Shown in pieces: positions 6,704-13,475 of a stretch of DNA of 16,453 nucleotides. The position numbers were made by a program, and so were the translations under genes. The notes beneath the pieces are model-generated. The model was not told the DNA's origin and searched no databases. It saw only the letters and a program-made list of their open reading frames with translations. Position 1 is the first letter of the stretch; every line of letters begins with the position of its first letter. The stretch covers positions 1 through 16,453 of the forward strand of contig JAEVZA010000233.1 of the NCBI GenBank assembly GCA_023392475.1. Direction: 5' to 3'. The DNA is from Actinomycetes bacterium (GTDB taxonomy: Bacteria; Actinomycetota; Acidimicrobiia; Acidimicrobiales; Microtrichaceae).

Positions 6704-7936
6704 GTGCGACCCGTCCGAGCCGGTGCCCTCGCCGCGTGCCTCCTCATGGTCGCCGCCGTGGTGGCGGCCTGCACCGACGACCACGCGCTCGAGGCGTCGA
6801 CGGCCACGGCCTCGACGTCGAGCACGACGACGGAGCCCGGCGCGCCGTCCATCGTGGTGCTCGGCGACTCGGTGGCATCGGGCGAGGGCCTCGCCGACGG
6901 CTACCGGTACCACCTCGACCGCACGGATCCCGATCGCAGCTCGTGGGAGGGCGGCACCGACGACCCGCGGTGGCTCGGGCCGTACCCGCGCTGCCACCAG
7001 GACGCCGGCGCGTACCCGTTCCTCGTCGCCCGGGAGGTCGGCGCCGGGCTGGCCACGTTCGCCTGCACGGGGGCCACGTACCTCGCCGGCATCACGGCGC
7101 CCGAGACCGACGACCAGGGCGACATGCGGCCGGCGCAGTTCGGCGACTGGACGACGGCGACGGGGCTGAACGCGGCCTACGACGCGGCCAACCCCGACGT
7201 CGTCGTGGTCACGCTCGGGGCGGACGACGTCGAGTTCTCCTCGATCGTCCGGTACTGCGTCTCGGGCTACACCACCGCCGAGTCCGCGGCGGTGGCCGCA
7301 CTGGCCGCCTCGACCGACGTCGTGGGTTCCGTGCTCCGCTCGCTCGTGCAGCGCGCGCCGGGGATCGCCGACGCGCTCCGCCGGGGCGACGACGCGCTCC
7401 GCGCCGACTGGCCGTCGAGCTACTGCACGGCCGAGCACCCGGGCGAGCCGATTCAGCGCCTCTTCTGGGACCGCATCGACAGCGGGGAGGTCGCGGACCA
7501 CTACCGCGAGCTCGTGGCGGCGATCCAGGCACGCGGCCGCGATCCCCGGTACGGGCGCGGCAAGGTCCCCCGGATCGTGTTCACCACGTACCACCGCCCG
7601 CTGCCGGCCGGGCTCGACGGCGACTGCTGGGACGCGTTCCCACTCTCCGCGGCCGAGCAGTCGTACCTCGAGTCGCTCCAGGCCACGATGCAGTCGACGC
7701 TCGAGTCCGCGGTGTCGGGGATGCCGGGGGTCTCGGTCGCCGACCTGTCGCACGTGATGGACGGGCACCGGTGGTGCTCGGCGGACCCGTGGACGTACGG
7801 CCTGTCCGTGGTGTGGTTCGACGACCCGTCGAGCATGGCCCCGGTGCACCCGACCCCGGAGGGCCAGCGCGCCATCGCGGGCGCGGTCGCCCCGGTCGTG
7901 CGGGCGGCGCTCGCCGGCCGCGGGCCCCGGGGGTGA
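6704..7936 (+). CDS. SGNH/GDSL-family hydrolase, predicted lipoprotein (~410 aa)
   Basis: Block I IVVLGDSVASGEG carries the GDS(x) catalytic Ser. A C-terminal DGHRWCSADPW...APVHPTPEGQ block fits the Asp/His block V. The signal peptide MRPVRAGALAACLLMVAAVVAAC has an n-region, an h-region and a VAAC lipobox, and is followed by a Ser/Thr-rich linker STATASTSSTTTEPGAP. GTG at 6704 is chosen because the in-frame GTA at 6689 is not a start and the ATG at 6746 would leave too short a signal peptide. The upstream part of track ORF 6509..7936 is antisense to the MFS start. Confidence 0.8.
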   Translation: MRPVRAGALAACLLMVAAVVAACTDDHALEASTATASTSSTTTEPGAPSIVVLGDSVASGEGLADGYRYHLDRTDPDRSSWEGGTDDPRWLGPYPRCHQDAGAYPFLVAREVGAGLATFACTGATYLAGITAPETDDQGDMRPAQFGDWTTATGLNAAYDAANPDVVVVTLGADDVEFSSIVRYCVSGYTTAESAAVAALAASTDVVGSVLRSLVQRAPGIADALRRGDDALRADWPSSYCTAEHPGEPIQRLFWDRIDSGEVADHYRELVAAIQARGRDPRYGRGKVPRIVFTTYHRPLPAGLDGDCWDAFPLSAAEQSYLESLQATMQSTLESAVSGMPGVSVADLSHVMDGHRWCSADPWTYGLSVVWFDDPSSMAPVHPTPEGQRAIAGAVAPVVRAALAGRGPRG

Positions 7937-7991
7937 CGTCGGGCGTGAGCGGGCCACGCGAGGTGACCTCCGGCGTCAGCGGGCCGCGACG
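7932..7991. repeat. Imperfect 2-copy tandem repeat with 30-bp period (GGTGACGTCGGGCGTGAGCGGGCCACGCGA / GGTGACCTCCGGCGTCAGCGGGCCGCGACG) in the convergent intergenic region between the SGNH hydrolase and the DUF3386-like gene
   Basis: Direct reading shows ~21 of the first 24 positions identical, and every mismatch is a G<->C transversion. Copy 1 contains the TGA stop of the SGNH gene; copy 2 contains the TCA (TGA on the minus strand) stop of the DUF3386-like gene. Confidence 0.6.
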
Positions 7992-8635
7992 TGGTCCGAC
8001 AGGTGGATCTCGAGCGTGCGCTCGGTCCCGTCGGACTCTGTGCGCACCGTCCGCCGCGCGGGGAGCACGATCCCGTCGATCGCCGTCCACCCCTCGGTGA
8101 CCTCGCGGCCCGACGTGGTGCCGGCCCGCTCGAGCTGCTCCACGACCGTGGCCGGCAGCCAGCGACCGTCCTCCACGTCGTGGGCCAGCAGCACGCGCAG
8201 CTGGCGGCGGCCGTCGGGCTGGGCGTACTCCGTCTCGACGAGGCGGTCGCCCCGGATCCACCGGACGGTCCGCCGTGGATCGCGGACCACGGCGACGGCG
8301 CGGCCGGTCGGGCGGTCGAGGTCCCGGCGGAACGCGCCGCCGAAGCGGCCGTCGAGCGTGGCGAACGGCCGCGGCGCCAGGCGGGTGGCGAGCTCGACCA
8401 CCTCGGCCGCCACCTGCGGGTTGACCCGGTGGTCGCGGTCGGGGGTGAACGCCGCACCGTGGCCGGCGAGCACGTCGACCTCGCCGCGGACCTCGGCGCC
8501 GTCCGCGGTGACTCGGACCGTCGCCCGGAACCCGGCGAACCCGTCGGGCCAGCGGTAGAGGCGCTCGTGGGCCGCCTTCAGCACGCGGGTGGCCCGCGGA
8601 TCGGGCTCCGCCTCGGTGCGCTCGTCCACCGTCAT
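7976..8635 (-). CDS. Hypothetical protein, DUF3386-like (219 aa from ATG 8635; track start 8653 adds MLGSPS)
   Basis: Coding-like composition. The KAAHERLYRWPDGFAGFRATVRV motif resembles the A.Y.W...F.GY.A.V block I associate with DUF3386 proteins; the family assignment is tentative. The six extra codons from 8653 use TTA/TCT/CCT, rare at this GC content, so the ATG at 8635 is preferred. Neither start has a clear SD. Confidence 0.7.
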   Translation of the reverse strand: MTVDERTEAEPDPRATRVLKAAHERLYRWPDGFAGFRATVRVTADGAEVRGEVDVLAGHGAAFTPDRDHRVNPQVAAEVVELATRLAPRPFATLDGRFGGAFRRDLDRPTGRAVAVVRDPRRTVRWIRGDRLVETEYAQPDGRRQLRVLLAHDVEDGRWLPATVVEQLERAGTTSGREVTEGWTAIDGIVLPARRTVRTESDGTERTLEIHLSDHVAAR

Positions 8636-8705
8636 GGAAGGAGAGCCTAACATGGGAGAACAGGTGCGCTGACTTCCGTCGGACGGCCGGCCGCCCCCGA
8701 CGAGG

Positions 8706-9677
8706 TCAGTCGGTGAGGCGCGGCGGCAACCCGAAGGAGGCGAAGGTCTCGGGTTCGAGGAAGTTGTGGTGGCCCGAGATCAGCCCGCCGCGGACCTCGA
8801 TGACCTGGACCGCGAACGGCTCCCAGAGGCCCGGCCGCGTGCGCCGGTAGTTGCCGAACCCGGCCGTGCCGTTGACGCCGACCGGCACCAACCGACCCCC
8901 CTTGCAGCCGATGCCCTGCCCCGTCATCCAGTCGACGACGTCCTCCGGGCCCACGAGCCACGTGTCGTACGGCGGCATGGACAGCACCACGTCGTCACGG
9001 AGGAGCTTCGCCAGCGCCGACATGTCGTACCGCTCGAACGCGTCCACGTAGCGGCGGAGCAGCTCCTGGTGCTCGGCGCTCAACGTGTCATCCAAGGGAG
9101 GGCCCTGCAACGTGGCGAGCGTGGCGCGCGCCCGCTGGAGCGCGCTGTTGACCGAGGGGACGCTGGTGTCCAGGAGGTCGGCCACCTCGGCGGCCTGCCA
9201 GCGCAGCACCTCGCAGAGGATCAGGACGGACCGCTGGCGCGGCGGGAGGTGCTGGAGCGCGGCGACGAACGCGAGGCGCACCGACTCGCGGGCGGCCACG
9301 ACGTCGGACGGGTCGCCGTCCCCGGCGATGACGCGATCGTCCGCCACGGGCTGCACGAACGTGGACTCGGCGTGCGGCTCGCCGAGCACGACGTCCGCCG
9401 TGCGGGTGGACGGGCCCATGTCCATCGGACGCGCGCGGCGCTGCGGGCTCCGGTGCATGTCCATGCACACGTTGCTCGCGATGCGGTACAGCCACGTGCG
9501 TGCCGAGGACCGGCCCTCGAAGCTGTCCGCGGCGCGCCACGCACGCACCATCGTCTCCTGCACCGCGTCCTCCGCCTCGGAGGACGCCCCCAGCATCCGG
9601 TAGCAGTAGCCCGTGAGCTCCCGGCGGTGCGACTCCAGGGTGAGCTCGAGATCCGGTCCGGTCAGCGAGGTGCTCAT
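8706..9677 (-). CDS. ECF-type RNA polymerase sigma-70 factor with C-terminal SnoaL-like (NTF2-fold) extension (ECF41/ECF56-like, TIGR02960-like; 323 aa; alternative GTG at 9707)
   Basis: Sigma-2 region LESHRRELTGYCYRMLGASSEAEDAVQETMVRAWRA. Sigma-4 region LPPRQRSVLILCEVLRWQAAEVADLLDTSVPSVNSALQRARATL. The following ~120 aa (RRYVDAFERYDMSALAKLLRDDVVLSMPP...) has the SnoaL-like pattern. No separate anti-sigma gene is adjacent. Confidence 0.85.
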   Translation of the reverse strand: MSTSLTGPDLELTLESHRRELTGYCYRMLGASSEAEDAVQETMVRAWRAADSFEGRSSARTWLYRIASNVCMDMHRSPQRRARPMDMGPSTRTADVVLGEPHAESTFVQPVADDRVIAGDGDPSDVVAARESVRLAFVAALQHLPPRQRSVLILCEVLRWQAAEVADLLDTSVPSVNSALQRARATLATLQGPPLDDTLSAEHQELLRRYVDAFERYDMSALAKLLRDDVVLSMPPYDTWLVGPEDVVDWMTGQGIGCKGGRLVPVGVNGTAGFGNYRRTRPGLWEPFAVQVIEVRGGLISGHHNFLEPETFASFGLPPRLTD

Positions 9678-9734
9678 GCCCCCGATCGTAGGGAACGGGT
9701 GCGACACCGGGCGGGCGCGAGCGGGATCCGCCCC

Positions 9735-10154
9735 CTACGAGGCCGCCCAGCCGTTCAGCCGGTCGAGCTCGAAGGAGATGACCGTGGTGATCGTCGCCGG
9801 GTCCGCGTACTGCTCGTACTTGCCGCCGAGCAGCTCCCGGAACCGGTCGGCCCTGGGTGCGTCGACGGGCACCCGCCGCAGGTCGGCTCGGACCCACCAG
9901 AGCCGGTCCCAGCGCTCGGCGTCCCAGTGCTCGACGAGCAGCGAGGCCCTCGGGTGCAGGTCCAGGTCGGTCTCGCGCTGCAGCCGGCTCGTGCCCTTCG
10001 GCTTCACCCGGTCGATCGGGACGGCGACGACGCCGTCGGCCACGACGAAGCAGACGGGGACGAGGTGGATCGTCTCCACCTCGCCGAGGGTGCCGAGCAC
10101 CGCGTGGTCCGCCTCGGCGAGGCGGCGCGCCGACTCGTCCGGTCCCAGTCGCAC
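9735..10154 (-). CDS. PPOX-class F420-dependent enzyme family protein (139 aa)
   Basis: MRLGPDESARRLAEADHAVLGTLGEVETIHLVPVCFVVADGVVAVPIDRVKPKGTSRLQRETDLDLHPRASLLVEHWDAERWDRLWWVRADL matches the small F420-binding split-barrel family (M.L...E.R.RLA...VA.LATV..DG.PH.VP..F ... LLVD.Y.DDW..LWWVR). GTG start by frame count from the track. The upstream 181 aa of track ORF 9735..10697 are antisense to the MerR/TOBE gene and rejected. Confidence 0.8.
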   Translation of the reverse strand: MRLGPDESARRLAEADHAVLGTLGEVETIHLVPVCFVVADGVVAVPIDRVKPKGTSRLQRETDLDLHPRASLLVEHWDAERWDRLWWVRADLRRVPVDAPRADRFRELLGGKYEQYADPATITTVISFELDRLNGWAAS

Positions 10155-10226
10155 GGGGGCAGTCTGCCCGATCGCGCCCGAGCGGCGACCTGAGAGCGGT
10201 GCTGCGGGCTGATCCCGACTCTCACA

Positions 10227-10284
10227 CCGCAGATGCGGCGGAACCGGTGGCTCTGTCGATGATCTGCGGGTTGGTGATCTACGG
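10227..10284 (+). promoter_or_regulatory. Candidate operator/promoter elements upstream of the HTH-TOBE regulator and mod operon: inverted repeat CCGCA-GA-TGCGG plus direct repeats TGATCTGCGG / TGATCTACGG
   Basis: Inverted repeat at about 10227-10238. 10-bp direct repeats at about 10260-10269 and 10275-10284, 15 bp apart; the second abuts the GTG start. TGCGG recurs four times in this 130-nt divergent intergenic region. Confidence 0.25.
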
Positions 10285-10691
10285 TGCACGTCGTGCCCTC
10301 GTACCGGACGTCGCAGGTCGCCGAGCTCCTCGGAGTGAGCCCCGACACCGTCCGGCGCTGGGGCGACGAGGGGCGCCTCGCCGTCGACCGGAGCGACGGC
10401 GGCCACCGCACCGTCGACGGCCGGGAGCTGGCCCGGTACCTGTCCGAGCAGGCGGACGCCTACGAACCCGAGTCCGTGCTCCCCCAGTCCGCCCGGAACC
10501 GCTTCACGGGGATCATCACCCGCGTCGAGCGGGACGGCCTGGTGGCGGTCGTCGAGATCCACGCCCCGCCGCACCGGCTGGTGTCGCTGATGACCCGGGA
10601 GGCGGCCGACGAGCTCGACCTCCAGCCCGGCGACCTCGCCACCGCCGCCGTGAAGTCCACCAACGTGGTCGTCGAGCTCCCGCCGACGTGA
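10284..10691 (+). CDS. MerR/excisionase-type HTH + TOBE (molybdate-binding Mop) domain transcriptional regulator (135 aa; alternative GTG at 10293)
   Basis: N-terminal SQVAELLGVSPDTVRRWGDEGRL is an excisionase/MerR-type HTH. C-terminal SARNRFTGIITRVERDGLVAVVEIHAPPHRLVSLMTREAADELDLQPGDLATAAVKSTNVVVE is a TOBE/Mop domain. It lies immediately upstream of modABC. Confidence 0.85.
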   Translation: MHVVPSYRTSQVAELLGVSPDTVRRWGDEGRLAVDRSDGGHRTVDGRELARYLSEQADAYEPESVLPQSARNRFTGIITRVERDGLVAVVEIHAPPHRLVSLMTREAADELDLQPGDLATAAVKSTNVVVELPPT

Positions 10692-10717
10692 CCGCACCGA
10701 CCCAGGAGGCCACCCCC

Positions 10718-11563
10718 GTGCGCACCCGCCCGTCCCGCCGAGCCCGCCGGTCCCACCCGGGCCGTCCCGTCGTGGTCGCCCTCGCGGTGCTCACCGCGCT
10801 GGCGTTCGTCGCCGGCTGCTCGTCCGACGACGACGCGTCGACCACCACCACCACGGCGACGTCCCCCACCGCCGCGGCGAAGGTCACCGGGAAGATCACC
10901 GTGTCGGCCGCGGCGTCCCTCACCGAGGCGTTCGGCACGATGAAGGCGGACTTCGAGCAGGCGAACCCCGGCAGCGAGGTCACGTTCAACTTCGGCTCGT
11001 CGGGCCAGCTCGCGACGCAGATCCAGCAGGGCGCCCCGGCCGACGCCGCCGCCTTCGCCGACCAGGCCTCGATGACGACCTTGTCGGGCGCCGGGCTCCT
11101 CGCGTCGCCGGCGCAGGTCTTCGCCCGCAACCAGCTCGTGATCGTGACCAAGCCCGGCAACCCCAAGGGCGTCAAGGACCTCGCCGACCTGGCCACGGTC
11201 GGCACGGTGTCGCTCTGCGACGTCAAGGCGCCGTGCGGCAAGTACGCGGACCAGATCCTCCAGCAGGCGAAGGTGACGATCCCGACCGGCTCGGTCACCC
11301 GCGGCGTCGACGTGAAGTCCACGCTGCGAGCGGTCACCGACGGCGACGCCGAGGCCGCCATCGTCTACGTGACCGATGCGAAGGCCGCCGGCTCGAAGGT
11401 GGCCACCGTCGAGATCGCCACCGCCCAGAACGTCGTCGCCGAGTACCCGATCGCCGTCGTGAAGGCGAGCACCGAGCAGCCCACCGCCACCGCGTTCCAG
11501 GACTGGGTGCTCGGGCCGAAGGGCCAGCAGGTGCTGCAGGACGCCGGCTTCCTCGCCCCGTGA
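10718..11563 (+). CDS. modA: Molybdate ABC transporter substrate-binding lipoprotein ModA (281 aa)
   Basis: The signal peptide with RRARRS and lipobox FVAGC is followed by an Ala/Ser/Thr-rich linker and a ModA-type periplasmic binding fold (ITVSAAASLTEAFG...FNFGSSGQL...AIVYVTDA). GTG at 10718 is preceded by AGGAGG with an 8-nt spacer. The upstream 287 aa of track ORF 9857..11563 are rejected. Confidence 0.9.
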   Translation: MRTRPSRRARRSHPGRPVVVALAVLTALAFVAGCSSDDDASTTTTTATSPTAAAKVTGKITVSAAASLTEAFGTMKADFEQANPGSEVTFNFGSSGQLATQIQQGAPADAAAFADQASMTTLSGAGLLASPAQVFARNQLVIVTKPGNPKGVKDLADLATVGTVSLCDVKAPCGKYADQILQQAKVTIPTGSVTRGVDVKSTLRAVTDGDAEAAIVYVTDAKAAGSKVATVEIATAQNVVAEYPIAVVKASTEQPTATAFQDWVLGPKGQQVLQDAGFLAP

Positions 11564-12357
11564 GCGCCCGGCGGCGACCACCGCTGCTGGCGGTCGCCGC
11601 CGCCGGGATCACGGTCCTGTTCTTCGCGCTGCCCCTCGTGGGCCTGGTGCGGCAGGCCTCGTGGTCCAGGTTCCTCGACGACCTCGGGAGCCCCGAGGCC
11701 CGCGACGCGCTGCGGCTGTCGCTCGTCTGCTCCCTGAGCGCCACGGCGCTGTCGATCGCCTTCGGGCTCCCCCTCGCGTGGGTGCTCGCCCGTGTCCGCT
11801 TCCCCGGGCGAGCCCTCGTCCGCGGGCTCATCCTGCTGCCGCTCGTGCTGCCGCCGGTCGTCGGCGGCGTCGCCCTGCTCAGCGCGTTCAGCCGTCGCGG
11901 GATCGTCGGCGAGCACCTCTACGACTGGTTCGGCATCCAGCTCACGTTCAGCACCGCGGGTGCGGTGCTGGCAGAGACCTTCGTGTCGCTCCCCTTCTTC
12001 GTGATCACGGTCGAGGCGGGCCTGCGGTCGATGGACCGGAGGTTCGAGGACGTGGCCGCCACGCTGGGGGCCGGGCGTCGCCTCGTCTTCCAGCGGGTCA
12101 CGCTCCCGATGGTGGCGCCCTCGCTGGTGGCGGGCGCGGTCCTGGCGTGGGCCCGCGCGCTCGGCGAGTTCGGCGCCACCATCACGTTCGCCGGCAACAT
12201 CGTCGGCCGGACCCAGACGCTGCCGCTCGCCGTGTACCTCGAGCTCGACACGAACCCCGACGTGGCGGTCGCGATGAGCCTCGTGCTGCTGGCCGTGTCC
12301 CTCACGGTGATCGTGGCGCTGCGCGACCGCTGGCTCGGCGGAGCGACGTCGTCGTGA
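11560..12357 (+). CDS. modB: Molybdate ABC transporter permease ModB (265 aa)
   Basis: Six TM segments and the ABC permease EAA-type loop (ARALGEFGATITFAGNI) are present. The GTG start overlaps the modA TGA stop (GTGA). Confidence 0.9.
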   Translation: MSARRRPPLLAVAAAGITVLFFALPLVGLVRQASWSRFLDDLGSPEARDALRLSLVCSLSATALSIAFGLPLAWVLARVRFPGRALVRGLILLPLVLPPVVGGVALLSAFSRRGIVGEHLYDWFGIQLTFSTAGAVLAETFVSLPFFVITVEAGLRSMDRRFEDVAATLGAGRRLVFQRVTLPMVAPSLVAGAVLAWARALGEFGATITFAGNIVGRTQTLPLAVYLELDTNPDVAVAMSLVLLAVSLTVIVALRDRWLGGATSS

Positions 12358-13409
12358 GCGTGGACGCGGCGCTCCGGTTGCGGCTGGGCCGCCTCCACCT
12401 CGACGTCCCGATCGAGGTGGATGACGGCGAGGTGCTCGCCCTGCTCGGCCCGAACGGCGCGGGGAAGACGACGGTCCTGCGGACGCTGGCGGGGCTGCAG
12501 GCGCTCGACGCCGGGTGCGTGCGGATCGACGGTCGGCCGGTCGACGATCCCGCGGCGCGCCGGTTCGTGCAGCCCGAGGACCGGCCGGTGGGGGTGGTCT
12601 TCCAGGACCTGCTGCTCTTCCCCCACCTGTCGGTGCTGGACAACGTCGCCTTCGGGCCCCGGGCCAGGGGCGCCGGGCGCGGCGAGGCGCGGGCGGCGGC
12701 ACGCGCCTGGGTCGACCGCATGGGACTCGCCGAGCACGCGGCCGCACGACCGTCGGCCGTGTCGGGCGGTCAGGCCCAGCGTGTCGCGCTGGCACGTGCG
12801 CTGGCCACGGCGCCGCGCCTGCTGCTGCTCGATGAGCCGATGGCCGCCCTCGACGCGACGACGCGCGCCACCGTGCGGCGCGACCTCCGTCGCCACCTCG
12901 ACGACTTCGCCGGCGCCACCGTCCTCGTGTCCCACGACCCGCTCGACGCGTTCGCCCTCGCGGACCGCGTGGCGATCCTCGAGGACGGTCGGGTGACGCA
13001 GGCGGGCACCGTCGCCGAGGTCGCGGCGCGACCCCGCACGCCCTACGTGGCCGACCTCCTCGGCGTGAACCTCCTGCGCGGCGACGGCGCCGGCCACGTC
13101 GTCGCCGTCGACGGCGGGCGCGCCGAGATCACGGTCGCCAGCGGCGTCGACGGACCCACGCTGGTCCTCGTCCGCCCGCAGGCCGTGTCGCTGTTCCGCT
13201 CCCGGCCCGACACGAGCGCCCGCAACGTGTGGGCCTGCCGGGTCGCCGGCTTCGACCTGCTCGGCGAGCACGTCCACGTGCGCCTCGCCGGACCGGTCGA
13301 CCTCGTCGCCGACGTGACCCCCGCAGCGGTCGCCGCGCTCGGGCTGCGCGAGGGCGACGAGGTCTGGGCGTCGGTCAAGGCCACCGACGTCACGCACTAC
13401 CCCGTCTAG
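12354..13409 (+). CDS. modC: Molybdate ABC transporter ATP-binding protein ModC with C-terminal TOBE domain (351 aa)
   Basis: Walker A GPNGAGKTT, ABC signature LSGGQAQRVALARAL, Walker B LLLLDEP and H-loop VSHD are present, with a C-terminal TOBE-like domain. The GTG start overlaps the modB TGA stop (GTGA). Confidence 0.9.
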   Translation: MSVDAALRLRLGRLHLDVPIEVDDGEVLALLGPNGAGKTTVLRTLAGLQALDAGCVRIDGRPVDDPAARRFVQPEDRPVGVVFQDLLLFPHLSVLDNVAFGPRARGAGRGEARAAARAWVDRMGLAEHAAARPSAVSGGQAQRVALARALATAPRLLLLDEPMAALDATTRATVRRDLRRHLDDFAGATVLVSHDPLDAFALADRVAILEDGRVTQAGTVAEVAARPRTPYVADLLGVNLLRGDGAGHVVAVDGGRAEITVASGVDGPTLVLVRPQAVSLFRSRPDTSARNVWACRVAGFDLLGEHVHVRLAGPVDLVADVTPAAVAALGLREGDEVWASVKATDVTHYPV

Positions 13410-13450
13410 CTCCGCGCCCGGTCGTCCGCCCGCGGCCCGGCTCGCGGAGC
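13409..13450. terminator. Candidate bidirectional terminator-like stem-loop between the convergent modC and flotillin genes (GCTCCGCG-N26-CGCGGAGC)
   Basis: 8-bp perfect inverted repeat immediately after the modC TAG. The 66-nt convergent gap is GC-rich and has no U-tract, so at best it is a non-canonical actinobacterial terminator. Confidence 0.25.
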
Positions 13451-13475
13451 CAGCGGATCGCGTTGGGTCCGTCGC

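Noticed and set aside
5956-8100. 714-aa plus-strand ORF and 6650..7957(-) 435-aa ORF, plus 5576..5830, 5790..6233, 5867..6067, 6561..7169, 6664..6852, 6901..7125, 7209..7532, 7501..8457, 7581..8261, 7991..8650, 8016..8558
   Set aside because: Arg/Gly/Pro-rich shadow ORFs across the MFS, SGNH and DUF3386 genes. The SGNH frame has GDS and His-block motifs; these do not.
8636-8660. 6-codon plus-strand mini-ORF (MGEQVR) with a perfect SD as a real gene
   Set aside because: Too short to support as a CDS from sequence alone. It is kept as a finding, not annotated as a feature.
8766-10193. 475-aa plus-strand ORF, 9088..9897(-), 9085..9603(+), 9221..9544(-), 9613..10212(+), 10004..10411(-), 8647..8961(-), 8851..9051(+)
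   Set aside because: Antisense or out-of-frame to the ECF sigma and PPOX genes, which have unambiguous sigma-2/sigma-4 and split-barrel motifs.
9735-10697. Full 320-aa extent of minus-strand ORF 9735..10697
   Set aside because: Only the C-terminal 139 aa (from GTG at about 10154) match the PPOX/F420 family. The upstream 181 aa are antisense to the HTH-TOBE regulator and low-complexity.
9857-10717. N-terminal 287 codons of ORF 9857..11563; also ORFs 10460..11581(-), 10516..11361(-), 11233..11559(+) upstream of modB, 11334..11831(-), 11365..12795(-), 11661..12353(+) upstream of modC, 11792..12004, 11919..13397(-), 12302..12721(-), 12421..12996, 12515..12835, 12770..13039(-), 13043..13393(-), 13229..13654
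   Set aside because: modA, modB and modC have well-defined starts (SD + GTG, and GTGA overlaps). The extensions and antisense ORFs are Arg-rich shadows.
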